Source of the DNA: Balanoglossus misakiensis
Taxonomy: Eukaryota > Animalia > Hemichordata
Length of the DNA stretch: 64,000 nucleotides
NCBI GenBank assembly: GCA_040954595.2
Contig: CM082583.2
Location: 5,702,849 to 5,766,848, forward strand
Reading direction: 5' to 3'
Position numbers and translations under genes: made by a program
The notes under the pieces: model-generated
Told to the model about the DNA's origin: nothing
The model's input: only the letters and a program-made list of their open reading frames with translations
The model's database searches: none
Shown: in pieces, positions 1 through 12,374 of the stretch
Layout: each line of letters begins with the position of its first letter
How positions within the stretch are numbered: the stretch's first letter is position 1

Positions 1-2117
1 GGTAGTGGGTCTAATCATAGACCCTATGGTCTAATGAAGTTGTTTCATCAAATATTAACGATGGTACAATACTGATGCATGTTACTTAGTTTCTCCCACT
101 GTCGATGATTTCATCCTCGCGGTTTAACGTTCATTAGTGACCGGGTCTGTGTCACAAGGACATTTACACACCAGAGCAGTTCGCATAAAAAACCTCGTCC
201 TATTTTTTTTGTGTGTGTGGGGGGGGGGGGGGTATACAGGAATACCGAAGTTAATAGCTTGTTTATACCCAAAACTGAACTCAGTTCAGCTCTTCAGGTC
301 ATTAGCAATCAGCCCAGCTGAATGATGTTTGTGTCCCCAAGATTATTGGTATATAGGCTAATAATCGCTGTTTTAGTGGATATAAAATGACATTCTAATG
401 AAAATTGTCAGTGGTTAGGGCGGGAACACACGGATTACTTTTCAAACTGATTGCGTTCAAGGAGCGGCCGGTTGCCCTTCCAGTCTCAAGGACAGTTGAT
501 TATTTGTGACTTTTGCCTTGAATCAGCGTTGTAGTTTCATTACTTTAATTTGCCTCGGCGAGTGCGTCCGACCATCCCACTCAGGTACTAGAAAATTTTG
601 CACAACCCAATTACCCGCCAAACTGATCTTAATTGTGTCATGTCGTCTGCGTGGGATTTATTTCGCTGACTTCGGTGTACCCCGCGGCTTCTTGTCTCCG
701 AACTCTTAGCGGATGCAATGCATCGTGTAATCATTCGCGGATACTGAGTTTGGTGTAATCAGTAGGGTTTGAAATTTGCCTTGGGTCAAACTCGGGCGAA
801 TCTCGCGCCCAGTAGGGACGAACACGTGAACTTCGTTGGTTTCCCAGAAGCTGATTTGCGTGACACAAACCGCTGTGTTGGAGTTCAATGAAAAGTCCAC
901 AGCCGTAGTTAAACGTTTTGCAGTAATCTAGGGATGCTGGGTAAACTTCTGTGTTTCTCCCAGACCCTCTAGCTTTACAGATATTTACCTGAAAACACTG
1001 ACTGAAGTAGAAGCGGAGTTTTTAAGTTTATGTGGCTTTTATCACAGTTCGCACCGAGCGCTCAGAATATAATAGCGAGAGTCTCTCTATTATACCCTGA
1101 GCGCTTTGCGACCCGTTGCTTTTATGTGGTGGTGTCGGTGATGATTGGTGTTATTGTTTCTGAACCATTGTTCCAATTGGAAAGAAACAGTATTCCTAGA
1201 CACAACAGCCTGAGGACGAGGCTTGTCACAGTGAAACGAAAACAAAGTGAATTTGCTTAGTCGAACATTTCATTAGTATACAGTATGTATCACCGTCACC
1301 GATCAGCAAAGCTTCAAATCCCATATTGTCTCTCTCCGCTCTTTCGAGAACAAAAACACCGCCCCTTTAAAACCAGACCGTTTTGTACTACCGACAAGTT
1401 TGGATTGTTTCAAGAGACAGAGCAATTGATTCTTTTGAAGAGCGAATCTGTATCGGCGAGCAAACGGTCTGCGCACACACCGGGAGTGCCTTTGATGGCT
1501 ATCGGGAAGGAGGCATTAGGCGGTTACGTCAGTCACGTACGTAAAAACACAGGTTTCGTCAAGAGCGGGTTAAGTGCGGGGCTCCTCTACGCGTGTGTGA
1601 ACAAGCACTATTAGTGCAATATATTTGCGTTCTGCTACAATCAACATCCGTTTGACGGTAAAGACCTCGGCGCGAAGACACCAGTCAGGCGAATAGACCA
1701 CGGCACACGTAGCTGTCAACTTCCATAAAAAACGTGTTGACATGGATGAGAATGTCACCTTGGATGCGCAGCACACTGGAAAAATTGGCATACAAACCCG
1801 TCCTTGTGATTGAACTATATTATTACACGTCGGCATCGGGGATGACCTGTATCTTCCCGCGGAAATTGAAGAGAATTTGCGCAACCATGTTTGCATTAAT
1901 CTATTTTTACGAGATTAGTTTCTATGGGAAACCGCTTATCAATCTTTAATGGTATTTAGCGTTCGTATCCGAAACCTTACTCGGTGGAAATACCGCCAGG
2001 ATTAGCGCGCTCTCGTGCTCTGACTGTAACCTCTACCACTCAGGATTCGTAGAAGGTGTTAGCGAATTTACCCCACTCGCGTAATTGGACAATTTAATGA
2101 ATAACAGCGGTGTTTTT

Positions 2118-2264
2118 CCAATCACGGAGCAGTTCAGGCGGCGATGACGATATACATGAATTTGTCCTGCTTCCCCGTCTTTTCAATATCCTGATTTCGG
2201 GTCAATTTCTTGTGGTTTAGGAAATTTAGGGAGTGCGCATGGCAAGACGTCTCGGAGTATAAAA
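2118..2264 (+). promoter_or_regulatory. Predicted Pol II core promoter of the GPCR gene (CCAAT box and TATA box)
   Basis: CCAATCA at 2118 and GTATAAAA with TATAAAA at 2258-2264. These are followed by an ATG-free stretch ending in a splice donor. Predicted TSS is near 2290. Confidence 0.55.
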
Positions 2265-2289
2265 CAAGACGCGAGGAAGGAGGGCGCGG

Positions 2290-2479
2290 AGAAGTCTGGG
2301 AGTTTGAGTGAGTGTTACTAAAAGACGCCAGCTTGAGAGTGGGCAGTCTGCCTTTCCGAACTGCTGCGGAAAAGACTACACTGTCTTTAGAATTCCTTGC
2401 TTATAGGCGACAGTGGCTCTTTGGAGTTAACGCTTGTATCGCTTATAACTGCGACTTCTCCAGCGGAGGATAAGGAAAG
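2290..2479 (+). other. Predicted non-coding first exon (5'UTR) of the GPCR gene
   Basis: Starts about 30 nt after the TATA box, contains no ATG, and ends at AAG|GTAGGG (donor at 2480). An alternative donor GTGAGT lies at 2308. The start coordinate is approximate. Confidence 0.5.
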
Positions 2480-5400
2480 GTAGGGTGATAATATTCATCG
2501 CGTGTGAAAACGTTAAAAGTTGACGCAACAGTATTTTTTGGTGTGTTAATCGAAAAAAAGGTCCGTGGACCTTGTCACTGTAATCGGGCGCGTATGTACA
2601 TGTACATGTATAGCAGCACTCGACGTTATCGTCACCAGTTATCCATTTTCACTCGTTTCTGATATTTTCACGGAACCTCGCGTGAAACAGGTTACTTCTT
2701 CTGCAGTGTAACCGACGTAACTGTGGCAGACTTTGCAACGTGGTGGCGCAGGTGCTGAAGTGTCGGTTTTCAGGACACCTCATCACCCTTGGCGACATTT
2801 GTTCCCATTCTTCCTCTTCCCCTTGCAGAGTGCAAACGATGTGTGCGTTTTGTTTCCACTTGTTCTGTTGGCATTTGGAAAGTCTATATACCGTGACATT
2901 CCCGCGACGTGAAATGAAAACAAGTGTCTTGTTTTCGACAGGCTTCACCGGCCAAGGATAAGAATCCGTAGGCATGTTATTGCTCCGGACAAAACGCTGT
3001 GCTTTAGAACCTTTGCCTGAACCGATCGGTCCAATAAGAAATTGTACAGTCACACACTGTGAACGCTGAAGGTATTTTTTTAAAAGGTTGTCAAGACAAA
3101 TTGGAGCGTTGACATAACAAACTACGCTAAAGCATACACGACTCCCCTAAAATGAACAACGGATTGAAAGCAATCGCCCGGCGGCCAAACATCAGCACGG
3201 CAATATGTAGGCTGATTGCCCAGGGGTTTCTCGTTCTTGCAATCACGCGGATCTTTTGCGTAAACTATCAGGGTTCTCGCACTCGCCGCGTTACCGTCCA
3301 CGGTGCAATTCACCAATAATCATATCATATAACATGTAATAATATACGGATAAATCAGGGAAGCATATTTGCCGGAAGAAAAAAAAACACACATCTTCAT
3401 TTCACTCGACTGGAGTTGCGCGCATGGCATGAACGGTCACACCTGAGACGTTTGTTCCAAGGTAACCAGCGGGACAACTTAACATTCCTCTGTGGCCGCA
3501 CGTACAGCCCCGACAATTTGTCCTCCGAAGCGTGGACTGCAAGCTTCATTTACCCCCGAATGAATTAATATTTGAAAGCACGCACTTGCTACCTGTATTT
3601 CAGGTGGGGGCGGCCTGACCGCTTATCTCGGGCTGGCGGATCATTATCTCGCTGTATAATGCGATGAAAGCAGATTGCAGCGACGCAATAACAAGTAAAG
3701 CATTGCGTATGTCGTGCGCTGCAAAAAAATGTCTTAATCTATTTCCTTGTATGAAGAGGCTTAATATCCGTTTGATGTTTTCTCAACAGGACTGTTCGCA
3801 TTGATGACGCCGACCCGTTTAAAGCAAATATCAACGAATTGCTGGTAACTGGATTAAAAGGCTCGAACCACGTGACGACACAAACATAGCGGTGTACGAC
3901 TGGTGTGCACGTTCCACCGAGACTTTGGCAATCACAGCAAGAACCAATGAAGGACTATCTGGCGAGACAGTAAGTTGACTTCTCTAGATTGCGGTTTGCA
4001 ATTGTCTTGCGCATGACTCATTCCTTTTTTCTTACATATACATGTATCAGATGAATTATCCAGGCGGCAAAGCACTATCAAATTACCCAGCCAGATTGTT
4101 AGCCATATATATGAGAATTTACTGGGCAAATTATAAGCAAGTGTACATATGTTAAGAGGGGTCATTCGGTCGGCAAAAGAATAAAAAAAACCTCGGAGCG
4201 GTAATATTTGTCACCGTGTAGCTAAGTAAAAAAAATAATAGAGTAAAATCACAGACAAATTTTCGCGCACGGAAACAAGATATGTCAAAATTTGAACGTA
4301 ACGAAAACAGGTTTTCCCTACGCCCATATTGCCGTTGAAGGCGCTTTAAGTCTATAATCCCGCTCAGAGCGTCGATGGTTCACATGTACATCGTATCGGA
4401 CGACGCTCTTTCGCATCATCATGATGATATCAGGCTGATCATAAACACGATTTTTGATGTACATAATAAATATTGAAACTTTTGTGATAACAGCTGTTAT
4501 AACGGGATTCATAAAAGTAATCTTACATGTGAAATGTGCTCACGAATCTAAATCACATAAATTATGTGTTATCTGCCCATAAACTCAGCAGAATGGGGAG
4601 CCTTGGCTGTAACTCACAACATAGTTTGCGCGGGAAATAATATAATATGACGGATAATGTTTCCAGCTTCACTGACGACCAGTCATTAACGAACCGTCAA
4701 AAACATGCCTTTGGGGCTTCTATTCGTTAACGTCGTGCAATTTTCACCATGAAAATGACATTTTTTTAAATTTGTGAATTTCGGCGGTAATAAAAACCTC
4801 CAACCCATTAAAATGGGTCTCTCTCAAATGCCATGAGGTGACAACAAATCTCGACATCCGCGATTTAAATTATGGAGCCCTGCTATAGAGATCAACCTCA
4901 AAGATTTACGGTTTTTGGAAAATTACTGTCCTGGGCTAACTGGGTCTCGACCTTATCCGTCAATGTTACCCTTGATCTTGAAGACTAATCACAACGGTGC
5001 CCTGTAGGCCTATTTTAATAGCGTGGGAACGTAGAGCTGTTTGGTCGACCTGACCTGCGAACGAAGCAGTGTTCTGTTCATACTGTCTGTTGACTCCATC
5101 AGTAACCCCCGCCCCAGAAAATCTGCGTCAAACATTTATTCTACGCGTACAGCATGCAGCACGGCATATACCGGAGCAATCACGCCCAGTCTTGGCCGAA
5201 TCACCATTCTTACTAATCGGGCTATATGCTTATGTATGTATTAAAACCGAAATTTTCCAGAGATTTTAATCGCAGGGGCGAGAAGCTAATTTTGTAACAG
5301 AATCCCTCTAGCCCCTTTGAGTAAGATCGTGACATCGGATTCATGTAAGATAAAATCATATTCACGCAGGCTACCAGCTGTTTAATTCCTCAGGTAATCG

Positions 5401-5895
5401 CTGATGCTTCAATGGATCGCCAAAACCCCCGAACAAAAGCCGAACTGCATGGCGGGCGTACACAGCGCGTAATCTCGTTCTTAGTCTCAATGGCCATGCC
5501 ATTCTCTGATCGCTTTGTGATAGTTTTGTCACACAAAGGATTTGGAAAATTTACTGCGGAAAACTACTGGTAACCATCAAATAACAGGGCTCGTTTTCAA
5601 GAGCGGTTGACTGAGTTTTTTTTCCAAAGGATGTCCGTACATTTCACCGCATTGTGAACACCGGCGATTTATGAGCGTAATGTGACATCGAAGCAGGTGC
5701 AATAGTCATTACCATTCAACGTAAGCTGATTTCCAGTTCCAAGAAAAACGACCTCCACTACAACAACAGGGTCATCTTGAACAACCGCTACGGGGTGGTA
5801 CCAGGTGTGTGCATGCGTAACATTTAATTTTTATTTCTATCTTATATTTTGATTTGTTGTTATGTACGCTTCAATCTGTCTTTTTTTTTCTTCAG
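2480..5895 (+). other. Predicted 5'UTR intron of the GPCR gene
   Basis: GT at 2480. The strong acceptor has a long T-rich tract ending tctgtctttttttttcttcAG at 5895, 10 nt before the ATG. The acceptor is well supported, while its pairing with this donor is inferred. Confidence 0.55.
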
Positions 5896-5905
5896 ATCTG
5901 TCGCG

Positions 5906-6988
5906 ATGGCGACCGTCGTCATAGATAACGTTACCAGTGCCTGGACCCCGGGAAATGTTACCACGCCGTCGAACCTCACGTCACCGCCGGCGCCCGAGTA
6001 CAACCGAAACGTCCGTCTAGCCACCTATGTGGTCATCTTTGTGGTGTCCATGATTGGAAACACCATAGTCTGCACGTGGATGTGGACGCATCGCAAGCAC
6101 AAGTCTCGCATGAATAAGCTCATACTGAGCCTGACCCTCGCCGACCTCTTTGTGACGCTCTGCCCTCTGGTGACCGAGTTCGTCCAGGAGATACTGCTCC
6201 GCAAGTGGGTAGCCGGGAACACCGACCCTCTCTGCCGGCTCCTGATGGTACTGCAGGTGTTCGCCATCCACGCCTCTTCCAACATGGTGGTTGTCATATC
6301 AATCGACAGACACCGGGCGCTGCGGAACCCCTTCGCCAGGAACATCCCGTCTAAGTTCCTGATCAGCGGAGCCTGGACAGTCGCCTTTCTGCTGGCTCTC
6401 CCGCAGGGTTTTGTCTGGTACCTGACCAACGGCAACGGACAGCCTTACTGCATCACGATATTCAAAGGTCGCCCGCAGTGGCACGTCAAGATGTACGTCA
6501 CGTACGCCTCCGTGGTCGCGTTCTTGATACCTTTCTGCATAATATGCGTCCTGTACCTTCAGATTCTGAAGACGGTCTGGGAACGAGGCAAGGAGATCAA
6601 CATGGACGGCAAGCACAAGAAGGCGCCCAGTTCGAAGCAGATGAATGCGATAATATCGCGCGCCAAGATAAAGACACTCAAGATGACCCTGGTCATCATT
6701 CTCACCTTCATCGTTTGCGGAATGCCGTACTTTGTCATGGAGATGGTGCGCTTGGCAACCGGAAAAGTGGAGCCAACTGCGTACGCAGTACTTGGAATAT
6801 TCGCCCTCTCGAACAGCGCCGCGAATCCTTTCGTTTTCCTGTTCTTTAACTCCGACAACAAGTTCTTCGCGTTCCTGGAGCAACGCTTCTGTTTCACATG
6901 CTTCAAGACTCAAGAGGTAAAGGGTCATAATGTCCGAATCAGTGAAATGGATAAATCTGACATGACTACAACTATAAGCTGTGTTTGA
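5906..6988 (+). CDS. GPR150: Rhodopsin-like (class A) GPCR, GPR150-like orphan receptor of the vasopressin/oxytocin/GnRH receptor superfamily; 360 aa, single coding exon
   Basis: The true start is gcgATGG at 5906, because the ORF-track start at 5849 is intronic. Seven hydrophobic helices carry GN (TM1), LTLADL (TM2), LCR (Cys at TM3 top), IDRH, W in TM4, ECL2 Cys, FLIP..Y (TM5), RAKIKTLKMTLVIILTFIVCGMPYF (TM6) and NSAANPFVFLFF (TM7). Three N-terminal NxT sequons are present. The R.VRL..V TM1 entry, the non-Trp CxxPYF and NSAxNPFVxLFF resemble vertebrate GPR150 as I recall it. The GPCR call is near certain; the symbol is less so (about 0.7). Confidence 0.93.
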   Translation: MATVVIDNVTSAWTPGNVTTPSNLTSPPAPEYNRNVRLATYVVIFVVSMIGNTIVCTWMWTHRKHKSRMNKLILSLTLADLFVTLCPLVTEFVQEILLRKWVAGNTDPLCRLLMVLQVFAIHASSNMVVVISIDRHRALRNPFARNIPSKFLISGAWTVAFLLALPQGFVWYLTNGNGQPYCITIFKGRPQWHVKMYVTYASVVAFLIPFCIICVLYLQILKTVWERGKEINMDGKHKKAPSSKQMNAIISRAKIKTLKMTLVIILTFIVCGMPYFVMEMVRLATGKVEPTAYAVLGIFALSNSAANPFVFLFFNSDNKFFAFLEQRFCFTCFKTQEVKGHNVRISEMDKSDMTTTISCV

Positions 6989-8467
6989 CACTACTACTGG
7001 CATGTTTTAATTGAATTTGAACGTTAAAGGAGTCTTGTATGTGGTTGAGGGGACAGCTCAGTGACCGTAGCTGGCCTTGCCATAATGGATTCTGTGCCCG
7101 ACCAACTACTTTTCAACAGTGGGCGTTTCCAAGAGGGAAGCGAATCAACTTGACATTAGGGATATTGTTATCCGCCTATAAACCTCTAGGGGGCACTGAC
7201 CCAAACTATTCTTGGTTTCGCAGGATGAAGACCGACCGATGCGATTTGTCTCGACGTATACCGTCAAAAATGGTCACGAGAGGAGCATGACTTTGACCGA
7301 GCAAGTACAGTTTTGTGCGTAGGGACTATGTCAAAGCTCCGTGCGGGGGAATTCCACCCGGGCCGTGGTCGAACAGACAGATATCGGTCATACCGCAGGA
7401 CATTGATCGTCATTTTTGAGGGTTTCATCACAAATCTTTTCCCATCGACCGTTCTGTCGTTGCCTTCCTTGGAATATTTTCATCACGTTATCTCATCGCC
7501 TGACCGCTTGGGGGCGCTTCCCGCACGCGGGCCTACACAGAAGATGCTGTCTTAATACCACTGTTGCGCCCTCATCGGCAGCACGTTCCCCATTTCCGAC
7601 CACTATCACCCTCAGTCTACTATATTCCATGGCTGTCTCATCTCCATCTTTTCTGATAGTGCTGTTTTCAATTCTTTCGCGAAAACGGCATAAACACTTG
7701 CATGTTTTCACATCTTCGATTCATTGTTGCAAATGCAACTATTTTAATTCTGGATGAGTGAGAAGTTCAAATTTATTAGCTAGCGGATTGAAACCAGCCA
7801 ATTAGACAAACCAGTTGTATATTTGGTTTTGGTTTAGTCATCCATTTTTGGAACGCAAGGAAGACTGAATAACTAGATGATTTATTAGACACAATGTGTG
7901 ATTTTAACGATTTAGAGAGTCAAGCGTGTCACAGTGTGGCGTGACCAACAAGTATTTCACTCGGGTCAGTATTGGGGAACTTGTTGAGTGATAATAGAAT
8001 AGCATAGGAAATATATATCGCATTTATTCTACTGCGAATTCTGAAAGTTTAGAGCAAATATAACTTCATAGAAGTCTTTTTCCTTCCAGGCAAGGGTTGT
8101 AATTTCTAAGTCGTTTGAACAAATGAGTGACCGGCATATTCGTTGTCATGAAAAGTAGAAGTTGGCCATTCCCAGTCCACGTAGAATGTACCTTGAGATC
8201 AGGCACCCTTTTCCCGCCTTGACGACTCACAAAATTTACCAAGAAATGTTTGTAGTAGCACTGGTGACTCAAACACCAGAGATATTTTAACTTGCACCTC
8301 ATCTTCTTGCACACAGTGTCGTATATTTGACATTTTGTACATAAACATCACCACTATCAACTTGAACGTAATTCTGATTTCGTTGTTCGTTTATATGACG
8401 GCGATTTGCGGCGTTGAGCGGCAACATTTGGCGTTGGCGACATGGGCTTAAGTTCAGTATCACGAAA

Positions 8468-8483
8468 CAGCGCCATCTAGTGG
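8468..8483 (-). promoter_or_regulatory. CTCF-binding motif
   Basis: + strand CAGCGCCATCTAGTGG reads CCACTAGATGGCGCTG on the - strand, essentially the CTCF core consensus. Confidence 0.6.
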
Positions 8484-10507
8484 TTGACCTCTTCAGTAAG
8501 CGGAACTTGGAACAGCTGACTCTGTCTCACCTACTGGTGTTCAACCGGATAATTTGAAAAGGTGAATGTCAGTTATCTCCAGGTTTGTGTAGAGACAGTC
8601 GTCAAGCTAAGGAGAGCCCCGGATGTTGTCATTCATCATTTAAACATTTGTTAAAACGGACGCAGTACTGTTGCCATTTTAATAGCAAAAGGCAACCTTT
8701 CTTTAAAGGTAAATTTGTAATGTCGAGTTATACTGTTGTATTCAGAGCCGGCAGTACTACGCCACACTGTACATGGGACCATCGATACTAGAGAAGAAAA
8801 AAATGCGGGAACTAACTCATTAGAGGGAATTTATTTAAAGAAGAAAATCACACGTCTTAACTATCCCCATTTACAACGTTTCCCAAAAGTCTAGTTTCTC
8901 ATATTTCAAACGTGACAGTCCATGTAGTACAAGTAGTACTACTGGCGAAGAAGCCTGGGCTTGTAAATCGTTCTCGTGTAAAATAGCGCCACCACAAGTT
9001 CAGCATAGCATCACTTTCTATCTAAACGCAAGAGAAATTCGAATTCATCTAACATGTTGACGACTTCATAGAGACACATGACCAGTTCGGTATAAGTTTA
9101 TTGCTGTCTGGCAAAATCTAGAGCTGTTATTGTCACTGACACTGGTCTTAGCCGTTTACACACACGGAAGTTCTATCTAAATTTGATTCGGATATAATAA
9201 TTTACATTTCTGCAGATTTAGTATTGTTTATGGTTTATATTTCATATATTAACAATAATCGTGAGCATCGTATCCCACTGGACCCCTCTAACACCATAGT
9301 TTGTGCTTTTTACTGTATGGACATTTTAATTCTTAATGTGCGAGGCGGATTTTGTGTCAAAATCACTCGTGCCATCGTGTGTGGGGAAATCAGTACAAAC
9401 ATATGGACATAGATGATTGAATTTGACTCTCTTGATGGCACTATGAAGTCATGCATGGCTGCGTCCGCACGCGATAGAGTGAGAACGTGTCGAGGGTTTC
9501 ATATGAGCGCGTGGGTGAGAACAGTAACTGTTTTGACGCATGTTGGCAAATTAATCCCGCCTGACTCTTTAGACCCAAATTGGAACCTTGGTTTCTTCGC
9601 CAAACCAGCTGTAATTTTCACCACTGGGAGAGAAAAGCACTTCCCAGCACCCAATGTAGCGGTAGGGGGGAATTCTCCTGTTTTTGTGTGTGATCACGTC
9701 CTGTTTTCACGTTGCATGTTTACCAGTGAGTTTTACGAAGACACATACCAGTTGGCGAATGTGTATGTCGGGCGATTATTAATCCATTGCTATGTATTGT
9801 TGGTTTGTCGGCTATATACATGTACGTGTTGTTCAAGACCAGGAATATACTATAGAGATGCGAGATCACGCTATTTGGTGCCGTGTCAATTACAAAATTG
9901 CCGTTGGCTACTCACACCACGATTCTTATTCTAGAACCGGCATCAATGCGCTTTGTCGATTCCTCAGAGAGCGTTATAGAAAACTGCTCTTAATGTAACA
10001 CTGTTAAACGGAATAACCAATAAGCACCTTTTGCCGAAGTAAACAAACCTCGAGAGATTCACTCTTGAAAAGCACTCCATATTAATAAAAGCTTCAATGT
10101 CACACTACGGGTGAGAATGCATGTGTGTGTGAATACGCACACGTCTTCAAGTTCCGTTTGCCTGTTGTTGTCTGTCGATTCTCTGTAGTTCTGGCGAAGA
10201 AATTTCGCAGTGTGTTTACATCTTTTTACAGTGCCATCGATTTTGTCCATCGATCAAACGCCGCTTAGTGTGTACTAGCTAGACCCAATTCTATAGAAAA
10301 AACAATCACACGTGTTCAGTTGGTACATTTCTTTTCAAAATGTACATATCAAAATATCAATGGCACAAATAACTAACAAATCAGTTGCATTTAATTTATG
10401 TGTCAGAGTGTTTGACTTGCACGTATAGTATGTACATGTAAATTTGTAATATACTTTTAGTTTACAACATATTCAATTATTTAAAGAAACTGTGGCTGTG
10501 TATTCAG

Positions 10508-10602
10508 AATAAATGTAACATGTAAATTAAAATGAATATGTACTGTGAGACAGTTGTCTAATAAATTAAATGAGTGTATTTGTTTCTTATGTGAGTGTTT
10601 CA
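10508..10602 (+). terminator. Predicted polyadenylation signals of the GPCR mRNA
   Basis: AATAAA at 10508 and AATAAA/ATTAAA at 10560-10570, at the end of an AT-rich TGTA-containing block (10320-10560). A GT/T-rich downstream element follows (gtgtatttgtttcttatgtgagtgtttc). Confidence 0.55.
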
Positions 10603-12356
10603 TTGCTATTGGACAGGACTATTTATGCTTGTTATAGCGTTCCCAACAAATAGTAAGATTTCGTTGCTTAGGCGGCGAAGTTGGTATTAACAAGAATCAG
10701 TTACACCTTATAATACGGCAATTGGATTCGATATGATATTGAACCTTAAATGACCTCGGCCACCGAAAGCATATATGATCGCTGCAGATACCTGGAATTG
10801 GCTATGCAAATTGTACTGTCTCTGAAAGGTATTTAAACCTCATGCATTGCAATTTGAACGTTTCAGATAGCACTTAGAAAATATCTCATATCAAACACCG
10901 ACCCAATTCTTATCTTTGCGAGTTCAATGATGAACTAAACGAAAAACTAAATGTCAAAGATTCCGAAAATAATAACCAAAGGGTATTTTTCCACCCACGT
11001 GACATTTTTGATAATCCGCTCATTATCTAGAAGAACGCCACCGTACATCGTTTCCTTTGTTCACGAAGAAGATTCAATTATTTACTGTCTGGTACCGCCG
11101 GCCTGAGGCATGTGGGCTATGTCTATCGTCCATATACATTATTCAAATATAATTATTAAATGTTTAAATGAGTACAGAATCCCACAGTTTTGTACAAAAC
11201 AGTTCAAGCAAAGAAACTGGCGCATTTACAATGACATATAATAAATCTTGTGGGGTAGCGGACTCAACACCGAAAAACGCCTCAGGCATCTCTGGAATAA
11301 TGAATAAGGCTGCCACAAAATTTCTTCCTGTATGATTTTATGTATAGAACACGGCGTAAAAAATGAAAGGCACCATAGAAACGTTGGGTTTTACATGTAT
11401 AATGTATGAACGTATTATGTATCTCAAAAGCTGCAAAATAAGAATATTCGTATTCTTCATTTTTTTGCATGTCTTCCGGGTCTCATATTTTGTCGTTCCA
11501 AGTGTAAAGTATAGACCAGGCTGCCGTTACATGCTCTGCGCAGTGGAACGCGCATGCCCACTCTGTGGCAGCTGAACAACACATTCGGAACCAACTTTTT
11601 ATGAGGACACACGTCCTCCGTGGCTGGTAGCCAGGCGAACGCTGGGGGTGGGTGGAGATGAAAAGAAGTCCCCCCGCCAGGATACAACGTGATCAGACCG
11701 ATTCACAGCATGTTTGCGGCTACTCACAATGCTATCACGTCTGAATATAATCGAAATTTTGACAGTCACGACTCACATGTCCGTATCTAGCCGTCCTTGA
11801 CACACTTTTGCTTACCGGTAATAAGTAAATATCAGGTCGATCTTCTTGTCTAAACCCTAGTGGGCACGATTAATCTATTGGATAACATTGTAGAGATTCG
11901 ATTAAATGAAATTCATAAAGTAATTTTCTGAAGTTGGGCTTCCACTTTTGTTACTAGTCATAGCAAGGTCAACAAATTTGTTAATCAAAGGGCACATCAA
12001 ACCGAAATAGACAATTCCTTTAATCTCATGAAATCCATGAATGACAGGTCACCATGTCAACACCAAACACGACAAGCTGTGATAATGCTTACCGTTATTT
12101 AAGGAACGCTAAGGGATCGCAATGCAATATTTATTGTTTCTGTCCAGTCACTCTCCATATTATCACAGGGCAAATTTGTCCAATGTAGTTTTTAACAAAT
12201 TCCCTGTTTGGAACTATGCATTTGACCGACATGCAGATAAATTAAAACACCCATTGGAATTATAATCTCAAGCTCCAGTAAATTCTGTAAAGCATGTAAG
12301 GTGTCAAAGTGGCCATCACTGGTAGAGCGAAATGGCGCGACTTTGAGTTTAACCTT

Positions 12357-12374
12357 CACGCCCCCAGGTGGCCA
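12357..12374 (-). promoter_or_regulatory. CTCF-binding motif
   Basis: CACGCCCCCAGGTGGCCA reads TGGCCACCTGGGGGCGTG on the - strand, a close match to the CTCF consensus. Same orientation as the 8468 site. Confidence 0.55.

Noticed and set aside
5849-5905. N-terminal extension MICCYVRFNLSFFFFRSVA in the ORF track
   Set aside because: It starts at TTG and translates the intron's polypyrimidine tract and acceptor. The real start is the ATG at 5906.
6017-7003. Antisense and alternative-frame ORFs over the GPCR (84-234 aa)
   Set aside because: These are shadows of the GC3-rich codon usage of the real CDS and have no independent features.
9413-9934. 173-aa ORF
   Set aside because: It lies in the predicted 3'UTR, has no domain, and its composition looks random.
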